Source: Isurus oxyrinchus (lineage: Eukaryota). From it: a stretch of 64,000 nucleotides of DNA. Position numbers and translations under genes: made by a program. The stretch covers positions 109,616,001 to 109,680,000 of the forward strand of contig JANJGN010000001.1 of NCBI GenBank assembly GCA_026770705.1. Direction: 5' to 3'. This document shows, one piece after another, positions 26,308-38,504 of this stretch (positions within the stretch are counted from its first letter, which is position 1; each line of letters opens with the position of its first letter). Below the pieces are notes generated by a model that was not told the DNA's origin, ran no database searches, and saw only the letters and a list, made by a program, of their open reading frames with translations.

Positions 26308-26624
26308 TTGGGCTAGCTTCAAGACACTGTGGCATATCTGACATGGAAATTACTTTTGTGCTTTTTCAACATTTTCTAATATTTCTAACAATTGCATTGC
26401 ATGATGTAAAATGATACTGAGATTGTTATCAGTTAGCAATAACCGCAATATTTGCTGGGCAGACTTTTAGCAGCATAGAGACTATTTTCACATCAACTCC
26501 ATGGGGATAGTGGAATTAAAGTCTCCCAACAGCTAAGTGAGAGTTCAGTTAACCACAAGGAGAACTGATGTGTGAATCAGGCATAATATGGGGTGGTCCC
26601 CTGAGATCAGGATTAAGCCATATT

Positions 26625-28240
26625 GGCCTGGATTTTTACTGAGTCAGAACGACTCAGGACCCGTTAAAAATGGCAGAGAGGATGGAGATACTGAAGTCCT
26701 GCCTCCCTTTCTGGCAGATCCCAGTTTTTGCTGGCAGGGGAAGGGGAGAGTGACGTGAATTGTGCAGGCGGGAAACTCAAACTCAGCAGAATTTGACCGC
26801 TAAGTGCAAACAAAGACCCAATTTCCATTGCTCCAATGGCCTTAACCCACAGTGTTGGAATCACAATTTTCTGGAGGAGACATAAATACTTGCGAAGGGT
26901 GGATTAAAGGTCTGTTAAACTTGCTTAAAGCTCTCCAAACTTTGTTTAATTTCTGAAGTCTAATTTCACTGCTTGAGGTTGGTGGCAGACCACAAGGGAA
27001 GGATGGGGATGTTGTGAAAGAGGAAGGGAAAGATCTCTGGCTCTTTCCAGGGATCTGCCACAGACCTCTGTGGTATCCCTCAAGCAACTGTCCTCCAGTG
27101 CACTCTTTATTTTGGTGAGGGAACACAATGGGCCATAATTTCCAACCAGCATCGGAAAGTGCTGGCCCACAGAAATTAGGAGTAAACACCTGCTTATCTG
27201 GTCTTGAAAATGACGTTGGCACTTCTGTTGGCCAGAGCCAACAGAAGAAAAAGACTCCTCACAGGCCCTAGTGGGGTGTAGCTCCAGTGTATTCAAGGAG
27301 GACATGCCTCTTTTTTACAGTCCTAGCTGCCGTAAAGCAGGTAGGTTTAAAGGGCCAGGGAAATTGACAGGCCAGGGAAAGGTAAATGTTTAAGGTAAGT
27401 GCGTAGGATTTGCAGTTTGGGGATGTCTGGGCAGAAGTCCAGGAGGGGGGGGTCAGATGTCCTGGTGGTGGGGGGTGGTCAGAAGTCTGGGGGAGGTCGG
27501 AAATCCGGGGTTGGGGGGGGGGTGGGAGGTAGGTGAGGGGAGTTGGAAATCCGGAGCAGGTGTCAGGGTCGGGGGGTTGGTGTCGGAGTTGGGGTTGGGG
27601 GGGTGTCCAGGGGAATGTGTGGGGGATTTGGGGGAGGATCCGAGGTCAGGAGGGGGTGTCCAAGGTCCAGGGGGGTTCTGAGTTCTGGGGAAGTTTGGGG
27701 GGTGTTTCAAGGTTGGGGGAGGGAGGTTCAAAGTAATGGGGGGTGGGTCTGAGGTTGAGGGGGGTCCGGGGCCCCAGAGGGGTTGAGGGTGGGACCGAGG
27801 TCGGGGGCAGTGTTGGAGGTTTGGGGGAGGCCCGATGTCCAGGGTGGGGAGGGTCAAGGGGTTGAGGAGTCTGAGATCTGGAGTGGGTGGGTGGGAGTTG
27901 GAGTTCCGGGGAAGTTGGAGGTCCGGGGAGTTCGGGTTGGGGGTGTCCCATGGTGTCATTTTGGGTCTTTACAATAATTACTCTGAAGGTAAAAGAGGTT
28001 TTAATTATTCTAACTTTTCCTGGGTAACTATTGGTATAACCCCAGCGGAACCATCTGAAGTTTACAACCTAAACCACATTTTCGGATGGTTCCTAGCACA
28101 GCGCAATTGTCCAGAGGAAGTGTGCATTTCTGGGCAATTGCTGTGCAAATCCTTACCTGGGAACCTCCAAGAGGGATTCCCCAGTGCATCTTTGGGGTAC
28201 CTCCCAAATCTGACACTGGGGACCCTGGAAGTTATAGGCC
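26625..28240. mobile_element. Possible non-autonomous Harbinger-like element(s) containing a G-rich tract
   Basis: GGCCTGGATTTT at 26625 and GAAGTTATAGGCC ending at 28240. The TIR match is imperfect and the flanks differ (ATT/AAT), so this may be two nested elements. Confidence 0.4.
27420..27950 (+). repeat. G-rich degenerate low-complexity tract
   Basis: Dozens of G3-G9 runs separated by short GGTC/GAGTT spacers. Confidence 0.9.
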
Positions 28241-29514
28241 AATAACTTACCCACAAATGTGCAGCAATGGGTTTCACCTCCATCGCCAACCTTTCCACAC
28301 GTTACCATTAAGTCACCAATGTATCAGCGTGAGAGATTCATGTAAAGAAAATAGTTCCATTTCATCAATATGCATGTGGCCTACAATCACACCAAGGCCT
28401 TCTTAGCATGTAAATGCATGTTTCCCTGGCAGCTGCCATGGCTCATTCATTCTGATGCAGTCACGCCTGCCATAATTATTCCAGCCTAGACCCCAGGTCC
28501 ATAATTGGCTGCTGAGGGACAAAGGGTACCCATTAAGGAGATGGCTACTAATTAATTAGCAGTGAGTCTTCCAAAGGCTCTGATACATATTGACTTCATA
28601 AGGCAAACACTAAAAGTAAAAATGTGGGGCTCAAAAGCTGTATAATAAGAATGTGCTGATACTCAGTGCTTGATGGCTCCACATCATGTGGCTTGAATCA
28701 CGTTGGAAGTACATTTGAGTAGGGATTTCCATTAGAAGTTAGAGTTATTTACGTTTATCATGAAACTTGCCCTGAGGTAAACAAAAAAAGTATAACGATA
28801 CAGATCAGAGCAAGCCAACCGAGAAACCTTCGCACAATAGGATGCAGGATACAACCATACTTGAGGCAGATTTGGAAATAGATGGATAGGGCCTGCTCTG
28901 ATCTGTGATAAATTAAAAACTATGCAAATCAGAAGTGCAAACCTATGTCAGACAGATGGTGGTTTATGTAAGTCACGTAATTCCTGTGGGTGCAAAAGGA
29001 GAAGCCAGGACAGATTAACTTTTGTTTCAAGGATAATATGGCCAAATCATAAGAATGCAGTGCACTGATCAGAGGCTGGAAGGGACATGTCCAATGTACA
29101 GACTGTGACATTATTTCTACAGGTTATTTTTGCTGTGTGATCCAATGTGAGGCTGTTGAGAAAATGGCTCTTATGTTTGGACACAAATCCTGAAGGGAAG
29201 GTGATGCTATGAATTAGAAATTTAGGAAGGTTAAAAATGCAACAAGTGCAAGATTGCATCATGCTTCATGAAGTAAATATTAAGTTCATAAAGAACAAAG
29301 ACTTTCAAAATAAATATGAGGTACAATCTCTGTCACCTTCTTCTATTTGGCAGATATGTACCAATCATTCAACAAGAAAAACAATAATGTGGGTTCTTTA
29401 TTTGAAGATTAGACTATATATAGACAATGTTAACTCAGAGACTCAATACACATGTCTGACTTCTACAAGCTGTTGATGTAGACTGAGTTCAGAGTCATAG
29501 GACTACCGCACATT

Positions 29515-29668
29515 TTTTTTATTATATCATGGGACGTGGGAGTTGCTGGCTGGCCAGCATTTATTGCCCATCCCTAATTGCCCATGAGAAGGTAGTGGTG
29601 ATCTACCTTCTTGAACGGCTGCAGTCCATGTGTTGTAGGAATAGCAACAGTGCTATTAAAGGTGGCAG
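29515..29668 (-). mobile_element. LINE family B 3' tail
   Basis: Minus strand encodes PTTHGLQPFKKVDHHYLLMGN* plus the family 3' UTR. Confidence 0.85.
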
Positions 29669-32600
29669 TGATTGACAGCAGTTTAAGATATACCCACTGA
29701 AGGTACATGTACATCATATAACAACAATCCCCAACGCTTGCACTGTGCATCCTTATCACGAGCACCAATCTATATCGGGCAAAAGGCACAAACAATTTTC
29801 CATTACCATAGGCATCAATTACAAAAGCTCCAATTCTAACATATCTAGTGCCAATATTTTGGGCAGTTTAGTAAGCACTTATTCTATATTTAACGATTTA
29901 AAAGTTATGCTGATTTCAGGAAAAGTTGGGTCTTTAAGCAATTTCAATGAGCTGTTCGCTCCTTGTTAAAGCACAACTGCCATAGCGATGCACTACTAGA
30001 TGCAGATGCTAACAATTAGAAGAGTCAGTTGCTAACTGGAGACTTCCTGTTGTTTTAAAATTTGTTGGTTACATTGTTTTTTGGTTTTAACTATGTAAGC
30101 AGTGGAGACTGTATTTTAAAATGAATGTTCAGAAAATGACGTTGATTACCTTGATTAAACTTTGAGAATAGGTGCCCATCAATGCAATCACCTCTGTAAG
30201 AATGCCAGAAAAATATTGGAGACAAGGAGAGGGTTGGGGCATTCATCACATGTACCTCTTTGCACAAGCAAACTGCAATCAGTTTCCTACAAATGGCAGA
30301 ATCCTTCCATTTGCAGATGCATGCTTCTCCCTGCTCAAAAAGCCTGGTGTGCTGCTCTCCCATATGCAGGCCCACCTGAAAATTGCAACACATAGGCCTC
30401 GGTTGTCCATGGGGGTGGCCAAAGCATCCTCCTATTTGGCTTGTGACACGCATGACGACGCCATTCAGCGCTGTTTACTTGCATAAGTCAATATTGATCT
30501 GAAGCGCACCATGGAAATAGCGTTAGCAATGGAGAGTGCTGAGAGGGGCTTTGCAGACCATACAACATGGCGTCATTCTTCAGTTGGAGTGGGAACCTAC
30601 TGCCGGGCATGAAAACTGGGGACACAACAGCGAAGTGGACAACAGTTTCTACCGCTCAACAAATGAAAAGGAGTACAGGCGATTCAGAAATTAATTTGCT
30701 ATTGATGTTGGGGGTAACCATGTACCGGGAACCTGCAGATTTAAAGAGGCAGAATGCAAAAAAGGGCAAATAATAAAGCAATGCAGGGCAAAATCAAGGC
30801 AGCCAATCAGACAGCAGACAAAGAAGATTGAAGTGCACAATATAACTGAACCAGAAGCTGCTGATATTTATTCCCTATATAATGTCAAGGCAGTGAAAAC
30901 TGAACCAATCACTGTTACCCTTCAAGTAAATGGGAAGCCTCTAGTCATGGAGGTAGACTTAGGAACATCAACCACAGTGGTGGGAGAACACATCTTTTAG
31001 GACCTAAGCGAAGGTACCCAGCCACTGAATCTGGAGCAAACCATGGCTCAGCTGAATACAGGTGAATACACGATACAGGTGAAATGCATTGCCACTGTAC
31101 CTTTATCCTACAGGCAACAGACAGCCCAGCTGCCAGTAATTGTTGTAACAGGTGAAGGACCTAGCCTTCCGGGCCACGATTGGTTAAAAAAAATTAAGCT
31201 CAACGGGTCAGAAATTTTTCAAGTTAGAACAGGAGGAATTCCTGAGCTGTTAAAGAATTATGACAGCATATTCTGTGATGAATTGAGAAAGATAAAAGAC
31301 CTACAAGCAAAAATATACGTAGATTTGGAGGCAACACCCCGATTCTTTAAGGCCAGACCTGTGCCTTAGGCCCTAAAGGAGAAGGTGAATATAGAATTGT
31401 GCTGCTCAGAGAAGTTAGTCATAATCCAGCCAGCCCAATTTTCAGAATGGACAGTGCCCATAGTCCCTGTGATGAAACCAGATCAAATTATTCGCATTTA
31501 CAGAGACTACAAATTAACTGTGAACAATGCTGCTAAATTAGACAAATGTCCAATCCTGAGAATTGAAGGTCTATACGCTAAACTTGCTGGAGGAAAATCC
31601 TACACCAAATTGGGCATGAGCCTTGCATACCAACAGCTAGAGCTGGACAGCACATCTAGAGGGCATGTAACCATCAACATACAGAAGGGCCTGTACCAAT
31701 ATACATGCCAACCCTTTGTTGTAGCATCTGTGTACACAATTTTCCAAAGAGCCAAGGAAAGCCTACTACAAGTTGTACTACAACTCCTCAAGTTTAAGTG
31801 TAACTGGATGATGTCCTGACCACAGGATTAATGGAAGCCAAACATTTGGCCAACCTAGAAGACATTTTAAGGATATCTTTGGAAGCTGGTGTACGACTGA
31901 AAAAAGAGAAGTGTACATTCTAAGCGACTGAAGTCACTTATTTGGGTCATCAAGTGCCCAGGGGTTGCATCCGGTAGAGGAGAAAGTCAGGGCAATCAAG
32001 AAGGCGCCTTCTGCAATCAGTGTCACTGAACTCAAGTCTTTTTGGGCATGATAAATTATTACAGTCGCTTCATGCCAAATTTGTCTACAGTATTAACCCC
32101 TTTACACTTAATATTGAAGAAGAACCATTGTTGGTCATGAAAGGTGCAACAAGAAGAAGCCTTCATAAAAATCTAGAAGCTATTACAGTCATTATGTCTG
32201 CTAGTACATAATCACCCATCAAAATAATTAATATTAACCCATGATGCATCACCCTATGGTGTGGGAGCGGTATTGTCACACAGGATGGAAGGAGGTTTCG
32301 AAAGGACAATAGGATATGTCTCCAGAACCTTCTTTGCAGCTGAGAAGTGTTATTCACAACTTGAAAAAGAAGGTTTATCCATAATACTTGGTGTATAGAA
32401 ATTCCTATTCAATATTTGCATGGTCGACATTTCGCCACAGTGTCAGATCACAAGCTACTTACAGGTCTATTTAGTGAAAATAAAACAATTCCGCTGATAG
32501 CCTCTGCAGAATTCAAAGATGGGCTTTGATTTTGTTGATATGTAAATATACCTTTATGCACCATATATCATATAGCAAATGCAGATGCCCTCAGTCATCT

Positions 32601-33862
32601 TCCTTTGCCAGATAGCATTACACAGGTTCCAATGCTTCAGGAAGTTGTACTTCTGTTGAATTTCCTGGACTCCGTGCCAGCCTGTGTGAAGCAGATAAAG
32701 AATTAGACAAACCAGGATCCAATTTCATCAAGCATCCGAGAACAGGTATTGCAAGGATGGTTGAATGCACAAGTCTCTGAAGAGTTAAGAGCATTCTATA
32801 CTCACAAAACTGAATCAAGTCGTCAAGATGGAATTTTGTTGTGGGGAGCAAGAGTCATCGTTCCTTCGCAAGGAAGAGAACACTCTTTACAGAGCTGCAT
32901 ATTGCACACCCAGGGATTTCAAAAATGAAGATGCTTGTGTGAAGTTATATCTGGTGGCCAGGTATAGACAGTGATATAGAAAAAATGGTTAAACACTGTC
33001 TCCAGTGTCAGCAACAACAGAAATTGCCCGTTTCAGCTCTCACCTAAAATAGATGATGTAGGTCCGTTTTTAGGCACCATGTTTTTAGTGGTCATCAACG
33101 CGCATTCTAAATGGATGGATGTATATGAAGTGAGATCACCTACATCGTGTGCAACTATTGAAAAACTACACCAATGTTTTAGTGTACATGGCCTACCAGA
33201 AGCTATTGTCTTGGATAACGATACTGCTTTCATTAGTATGGAATTCCAGAGATTCATGAACTTAAATGGGGTTAAACATATTAAAACAGCATCATATCAG
33301 CCCTCAGCCAACCAGAAAGAGCAGTACAAACTTTTAAAACAGGAATGAAGGAACTATCCGAAGGAACATTAGAAACATGAATTTTATAATTTCTTCTCAA
33401 CTATCGCACGACTCCTCATGCAACTATCGGTTCAACACCATCTTAATTACTAATGAAATGCTGCCTTCATACAAGGTTGAGTCTGGGGTTTCCAGACTTA
33501 GAGGGGAAGGTAGAGAAGAACCAGGGTAGTCAGAAAGTAAATCATGATATTCACAGTAAACCTCAAAAATATAGGGCAGGATTTTGAGTTCGAGGTGCAG
33601 GCACAGTCAGCGGGCCCAGGAGCGGCCGGGAATGCCTGCGATCGGCCCCAGACTGTGATTTCACACTAACGGGCCAATTAAGGCCCACCATGCGTGAAAG
33701 GTGGGTCCCCAATAGTTGGGAAGGGGCAAGAGAGGGTAGGGGCCTGTCAGCCACCGGGTCCAATGACAACCTCGGCAGTCAGTTTAAAACCAGCACAGTC
33801 AGGCCCTGGAAGGCTGCCAGCGACGTAGACATATTCGGTGTGTTAGCAGGAGATTATTAATT

Positions 33863-35706
33863 ATGGATTCAAATGCGGCTGCAGACGCCAGGCAGGAGGG
33901 CACATTGGGTGCCCGGTTTTCTGATTATTGCCTCATGGTCCTTCTGGAGAAGGTGGCTGCCAGGAAGGATATCCTCGTCCCCACGGTTGGAAGGAGGAGG
34001 CCACCGCACCTTACAAAATGAGCTTGGGAGGAGGTGGCAGTGCTGGTCAGCGGCCATGATGTTGTGCGATGCACATGGGTCCAGTGCCGCAAGAGGTTCA
34101 ATGACCTGCTGTGCTCAGGAAGGGTGAGTACCTTGTTGGTGTGGATCAGGGTGTTGAGATGTTAAGGGCCGTCCACCCTCTCGTGGAGCTCAGGGGTGTC
34201 AGATTCTGAGTGCCAACTTTCAATGATGCCAGAGCTAGCCAAGGGGGTGGGCTCTGGCTGCTTGGACTCAGTGCCTTGTGGCTTGAGGGGCATGACTCCG
34301 ATGTGCCTTGCGAGGTGTTTCTCAGGTGGGGTTGCCCAGGCTGCAATGGCGCTGCAGGTAGATAGTGGTCTAATCAATGCCCCTCTGTCCTTTCAGAAGA
34401 CGGCCCATAACAATGTTGAAGGGTCACGGACCCACAGAGGCCCTGCTAGCCTCCTAATCCTAACCAGATACGAGCAAGATGCCTTGGAGCTGGACAGGGA
34501 CCACACACCTTGCTCCACTGGTCATGGAAAGGCAGGGGTGTCAGACGAGGGTACGAGTGCAGCGCACAGAGGTGAGAGTTTCGGATGGTGCAAACATTCT
34601 TGTGTAGTCTTATCATTGATGGGAGCCTCAAAACTGCACTCCCCATTGATCATTGAAAGACGATGGCACCATATTGCAGATCTCCATTGTCTCACCAGGG
34701 TGCCTGGCATGCACTGTGATAGTGTGATGACTTAAACCGATGTCGTTTTTCACCCTTAGGGTTGCCACCATTCATCCAATTGCAGGACCCCAAACACCCA
34801 CCCTAAGGCCAGGGGACTGCCAGGCTCCACATCAGCCTGCATCTCACCCACTCTCTGAACCAGGGGCCAGTGCAGATACCAGCACCTCGGTGGGCATTAG
34901 ATCTTCACCTAGGATGTCGGTACACATTGGTGAGGGCACTTCACATTTGCTTGAGGTGCAGGCGGAGGCAGAGAGTGCTCAGGGCACTGGAAGTCGGAGG
35001 ATTGCTGGAGTCCAGGACAATGCTCAGTCGAAGACAGATGATGAGTTTCTGGAGCCATCCATTAATCAGAAGATGCTGGATGTCCAGCGAGATGTGCGGG
35101 AAGAGCTGGCAGAGATCCATGAGGGTATGCGTGCCATGGTCTCTGTTGTGGAGGAGTCCATGTGGAGCATCAGCACTGCGTTGACTCACATAGCCGAGCG
35201 CACTGCCTCCTCCATTAAAAAATGGTAAGCCTCGTGGAGAGGCAGCTCCAGGAACAGAATCAGGGGTTCCTGGGTTGCGCTCAGACCTGCAAGCCCTCAC
35301 ACAGGCACTGACCTCAGGTGGTCAGTGACAGTGTGGGAGATGGATGAGGCGCCCAATATCCCAGCTAGGTGCCCGTCCATCAATGGTGAGCAGGGAGGTC
35401 CAGAGCGACCTCACCTTGGCGCATAAGCAGCCTGTTGTCTCTGCGGGCTCCTCTCAGGGTGCTCTGGATGACGGCAGCAGCTTCTCTGCCCCTCTGCCAG
35501 TGACCGTAGTATCTGATGAAGCTGTGACGACTGGGGAGATGCCTGCCTTGGAACTAGCCACACTATCCCTGGCAGGGCCAGCACAGGCTCCACTGGCCAG
35601 AGACCGACCACCAAGGTCATCAAGGCCATCAAGATAGCAGACAGGCTGTCTCCAATGCCGATGCCAAGACTTGGCACTCACAAATGTAAGTTTAAGTCAC
35701 CATGAG
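33863..35706 (+). pseudogene. Harbinger Myb/SANT (trihelix) DNA-binding protein gene, 3 exons
   Basis: Exon 1 ARFSD...LTK*AWEEVAVLVS...WVQCRKRFNDLL..GR|GTGAGT (~34124). Acceptor TCCTTTCAG|KTAHNN (~34397), donor GTGAGA (~34572), acceptor CACCCTTAG (~34759). Stops and frameshifts present. Confidence 0.85.
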
Positions 35707-35949
35707 CACAAGAGGGACTGGTCACGGGTGATCTTCTGTTGTGCAATGTTTTTGTTATTTTTACTGGTCTGGGGTTGAAGAGCAGGGAAGGTTCTGTTAA
35801 TTTGTTTTGATTGTCAACATGAGATAAATTTTCACCTTTTTTATTTAACGTGGTGCAGGGTGTGCCAGTATGTAATGCTGGACGTAGGTGGCTCAAAGCT
35901 TTATTGCACAGGCACTAAGTGGATTTTGGAGTCAAAGGAAAGGGTCATT

Positions 35950-37222
35950 TCAGATATCGGAGATGGAGGCAGCAGCCCTGGCATGAGGTGATAGTGCTTC
36001 TTTGACAGCCTGGCTGAAGGAGCTTTGGATCAAAGCATCCCTGGTGTCCCTGCCTTCCTGGATGTTGCAGAGGTCTGCCTCCACACCCTCAGCATTCTCC
36101 TCACCGTGCTCCTCTTCAGACTCACTACTGGATTTATCATCTGTGGCCTTTGCAGCTGCCTCAAGATCCTCTTCCTCCAGTGGGCTCCCCCTTGCCAAAT
36201 TGTGGAGAGTGCAGCATGCAACCATGATCAGTGATGCATGCACTGTGGGGTATTGTGCTGCTCCCCTTGAATGGTCCAGACATTGGAAGCACACCTTCAG
36301 GAGACCTATGATTCTCTCTATCCCCGCCCTTGTGGAAGCATGGCTCCTGTTATACTGCTGCTCTGCCTCTGTTCTTGGGTGGCGGACAGGCATCATAAGC
36401 CACCTTTTCAAGGGATATCCCTTGTCACCCAGCAGCTATCCATCCAGTCGGGCTGGAGCACTGAAGAGCCTTGGCACCAGGGAATGTCTCAGGATGTATG
36501 AATCATGAGAGCTGCCAGGGTACCTTGCAAAGACTTGCAGAATCTCTGCATCCTATGGTCACACACTATCTGCACATTCATGGAGTGGAATCCTTTCCTG
36601 TTGACGAAGGCACCCGGCTGACCCACTGGCACATTCATGGCCACGTGTGTGCAGTCATTTGCACCCTGGACGCAGGGGAGCCCAGCAATAGCAGCAAAGC
36701 CTTTGGCTCACTCAGCCTGGCTGACCTCGTCTGAACAGAAATGAATGAAAGTCAGTATCTGCCTGAACAGAGCTTTTGTCACCAGCTTGACAGCTGATTG
36801 GGAGACTCCACACAGATGCCCCACTGAGGCCTGGAAAGAGCTGGTGGCATAGAAGTTGATGGCCACTGTGACCTTTGGAGCCACTGGTATGGGCCTACAC
36901 AGTCGGTGGTGATCTCCAACCTAATCACCTGACAGATGGATGCCACCGTCTCCCTTAAGAAGCGGAACCTCCTTCAGCATTGCACGCCAGACAAATTGAG
37001 ATAGCTGCATTGCCGCCTGTGAACCCTGGCAGCAAGATAATGGTGTCTTCTGCAGCCCTTGTTGCCTTGGACTACCTGCTGGCCCTGCACTCCTTGTGGC
37101 TGCACCTCTTCTTCCACAGGTCACTCGCCTGGAAGCTGCATTGGGACACCTGGCCCCCTCTCCCTTCTGACCCTCTCTTCCTCCTCAGAGGAAGTGCCTC
37201 CAGCACAGACCACAAACCCCAT
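35950..37222 (-). pseudogene. Harbinger DDE transposase (HARBI1-like)
   Basis: [71 protein letters not shown] and an acidic tail. Frameshifts and stops present. Confidence 0.93.
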
Positions 37223-38076
37223 TACCAGGTTAACAGAAGGCTGCCTGATACCTGGAAGGGTGCACGCAGTCTGAATTCTCCAGGCTCCTATGGAGACACC
37301 AAGGAGTCCTGAAATGAAGCCTGGAAATGGTGATGATGAAGCTCCAAACAGAGATGAAGCTGCCATATGCCAATTAGCAATTAGCAGCAAACTATCTACC
37401 AAACTGCTCATTACTCACAATGACAATGCTGCTGATCCTTTTTCTCCTGGCCATGGATGAGGTTTTTAAAATTGTCGGCTAGCCGCCTGCCCGTTTTGCC
37501 CGTGCGATGAGTGCAGAATTGCACCGACAACAAAAAACGGCATCAATTGGCTTACTAATGGCCTTAACTGACCTCTTAATTAATGACAGGCAGGGCTCTG
37601 GCACCCGCATTGGCCCGCTGACTGGAATATCTCACGAGTGCACGTTGACTTCAGGACACTCGCCCAACATCATCACACGCTATTTTACACTCCAGCCTGT
37701 CGGACACAGCCTTCACGTCAAGTGAAAAATTCTGCTCATACTATGGGAGAGGCAGTTTTCATGCGAAATTTTGCAGATCGACCTAGATGGGTTTCTGGTA
37801 TAATTTTCTCTGAAACAGGACCTTTGTCATACCAAGTGGAAGTGGAAAACCGGATTGTTCGAAAACATGTGGATCATCTAAGAAGCAGAGAGACACTCTA
37901 ATAACCTGTTACTGAAAGTTATGTCGAACCTTTGATCCCTAAGGTGCCAGGTCAACATAGAATAGACATACCTGATGTCTCTGTTGAAGTAAACAATTCT
38001 GAACTGCCCTTGTCTAACGATGTCCCTGATGTCACAGTTCTGATCAAGTTGATCCAGTGGAACAATTTCAAGCTAC

Positions 38077-38175
38077 TGTTCTGTTGAAGGGTCATGAGGA
38101 CTCGAAACGTCAACTCTTTTCTTCTCCGCCGATGCTGCCAAACCTGCTGAGTTTGTCCAGGTAATTCTGTTTTTG
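38077..38175 (+). mobile_element. Short Penelope-like insertion with hammerhead-like motif
   Basis: 10-bp direct repeat TTCAAGCTAC at 38067-38076 and 38176-38185; contains CTGTTGA-AGGGTCATGAGGACTC-GAAACGTC. Confidence 0.75.
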
Positions 38176-38300
38176 TTCAAGCTACGTCACTCTGACTGAA
38201 TTAGAAAACCACCTCAGCGACTTAATCTATAATCGCATGTACTATGTACATTTGTTAATGTTACGAATTAAGATGTAAAACAAAATTTAAGGGTGAGAAA

Positions 38301-38501
38301 TGTAGTGATTTTAAGTAAAACCTTTCATACTGGTTTGGAGCTCGTGTGACTGTACAGACGAATCAGCCCTAGGTGGGTAATCTTAGGGGCAGAGTTTTCT
38401 AGTTGTGGACCTAGTTCAAGCACGTAGCTTCATCAGGAACTCTGAAAATAAAGTTTACTGTTTCTAACAAGAAACCTATCGAGTACACCAAGTTTATTAC
38501 A
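38301..38501 (+). repeat. Gypsy 3' LTR (201 bp)
   Basis: PPT AAGGGTGAGAAA directly upstream; TGTAGTGA...TTATTACA ends; AATAAA at ~38447. Confidence 0.85.
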
Positions 38502-38504
38502 AAA

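Larger units (their letters stand above)
33574..37737. mobile_element. Full-length two-gene PIF/Harbinger transposon (4164 bp), inactivated
   Basis: TIRs GGGCAGGATTTT / AAAATTCTGCTC with TSD ATA (33571-33573, 37738-37740). Removal restores the integrase frame KPQKY-TMGEAVFMRNF. Confidence 0.95.
30450..38501 (+). mobile_element. Gypsy LTR retrotransposon (gag end-PR-RT-RH-INT-3' LTR), decayed, interrupted by Harbinger and Penelope inserts
   Basis: gag DAIQRCLLA*VNIDLKRTMEIALAMES with a zinc-knuckle remnant; protease MEVDLG; RT PRFFKARPVP, YQQLELD, LDDVL; RNase H DASPYGVGAVLSH; integrase HPGISKMK..WWPGID..C..C and LVVINAHSKW. Domain order is Gypsy-type. Confidence 0.93.

Noticed and set aside
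27453-27977. Proline-rich and glycine-rich ORFs
   Set aside because: Translations of a low-complexity G-rich tract.
35950-37222. Domesticated host gene HARBI1
   Set aside because: It lies between TIRs with a TSD, has frameshifts and stops, and has several paralogous fragments in the window.
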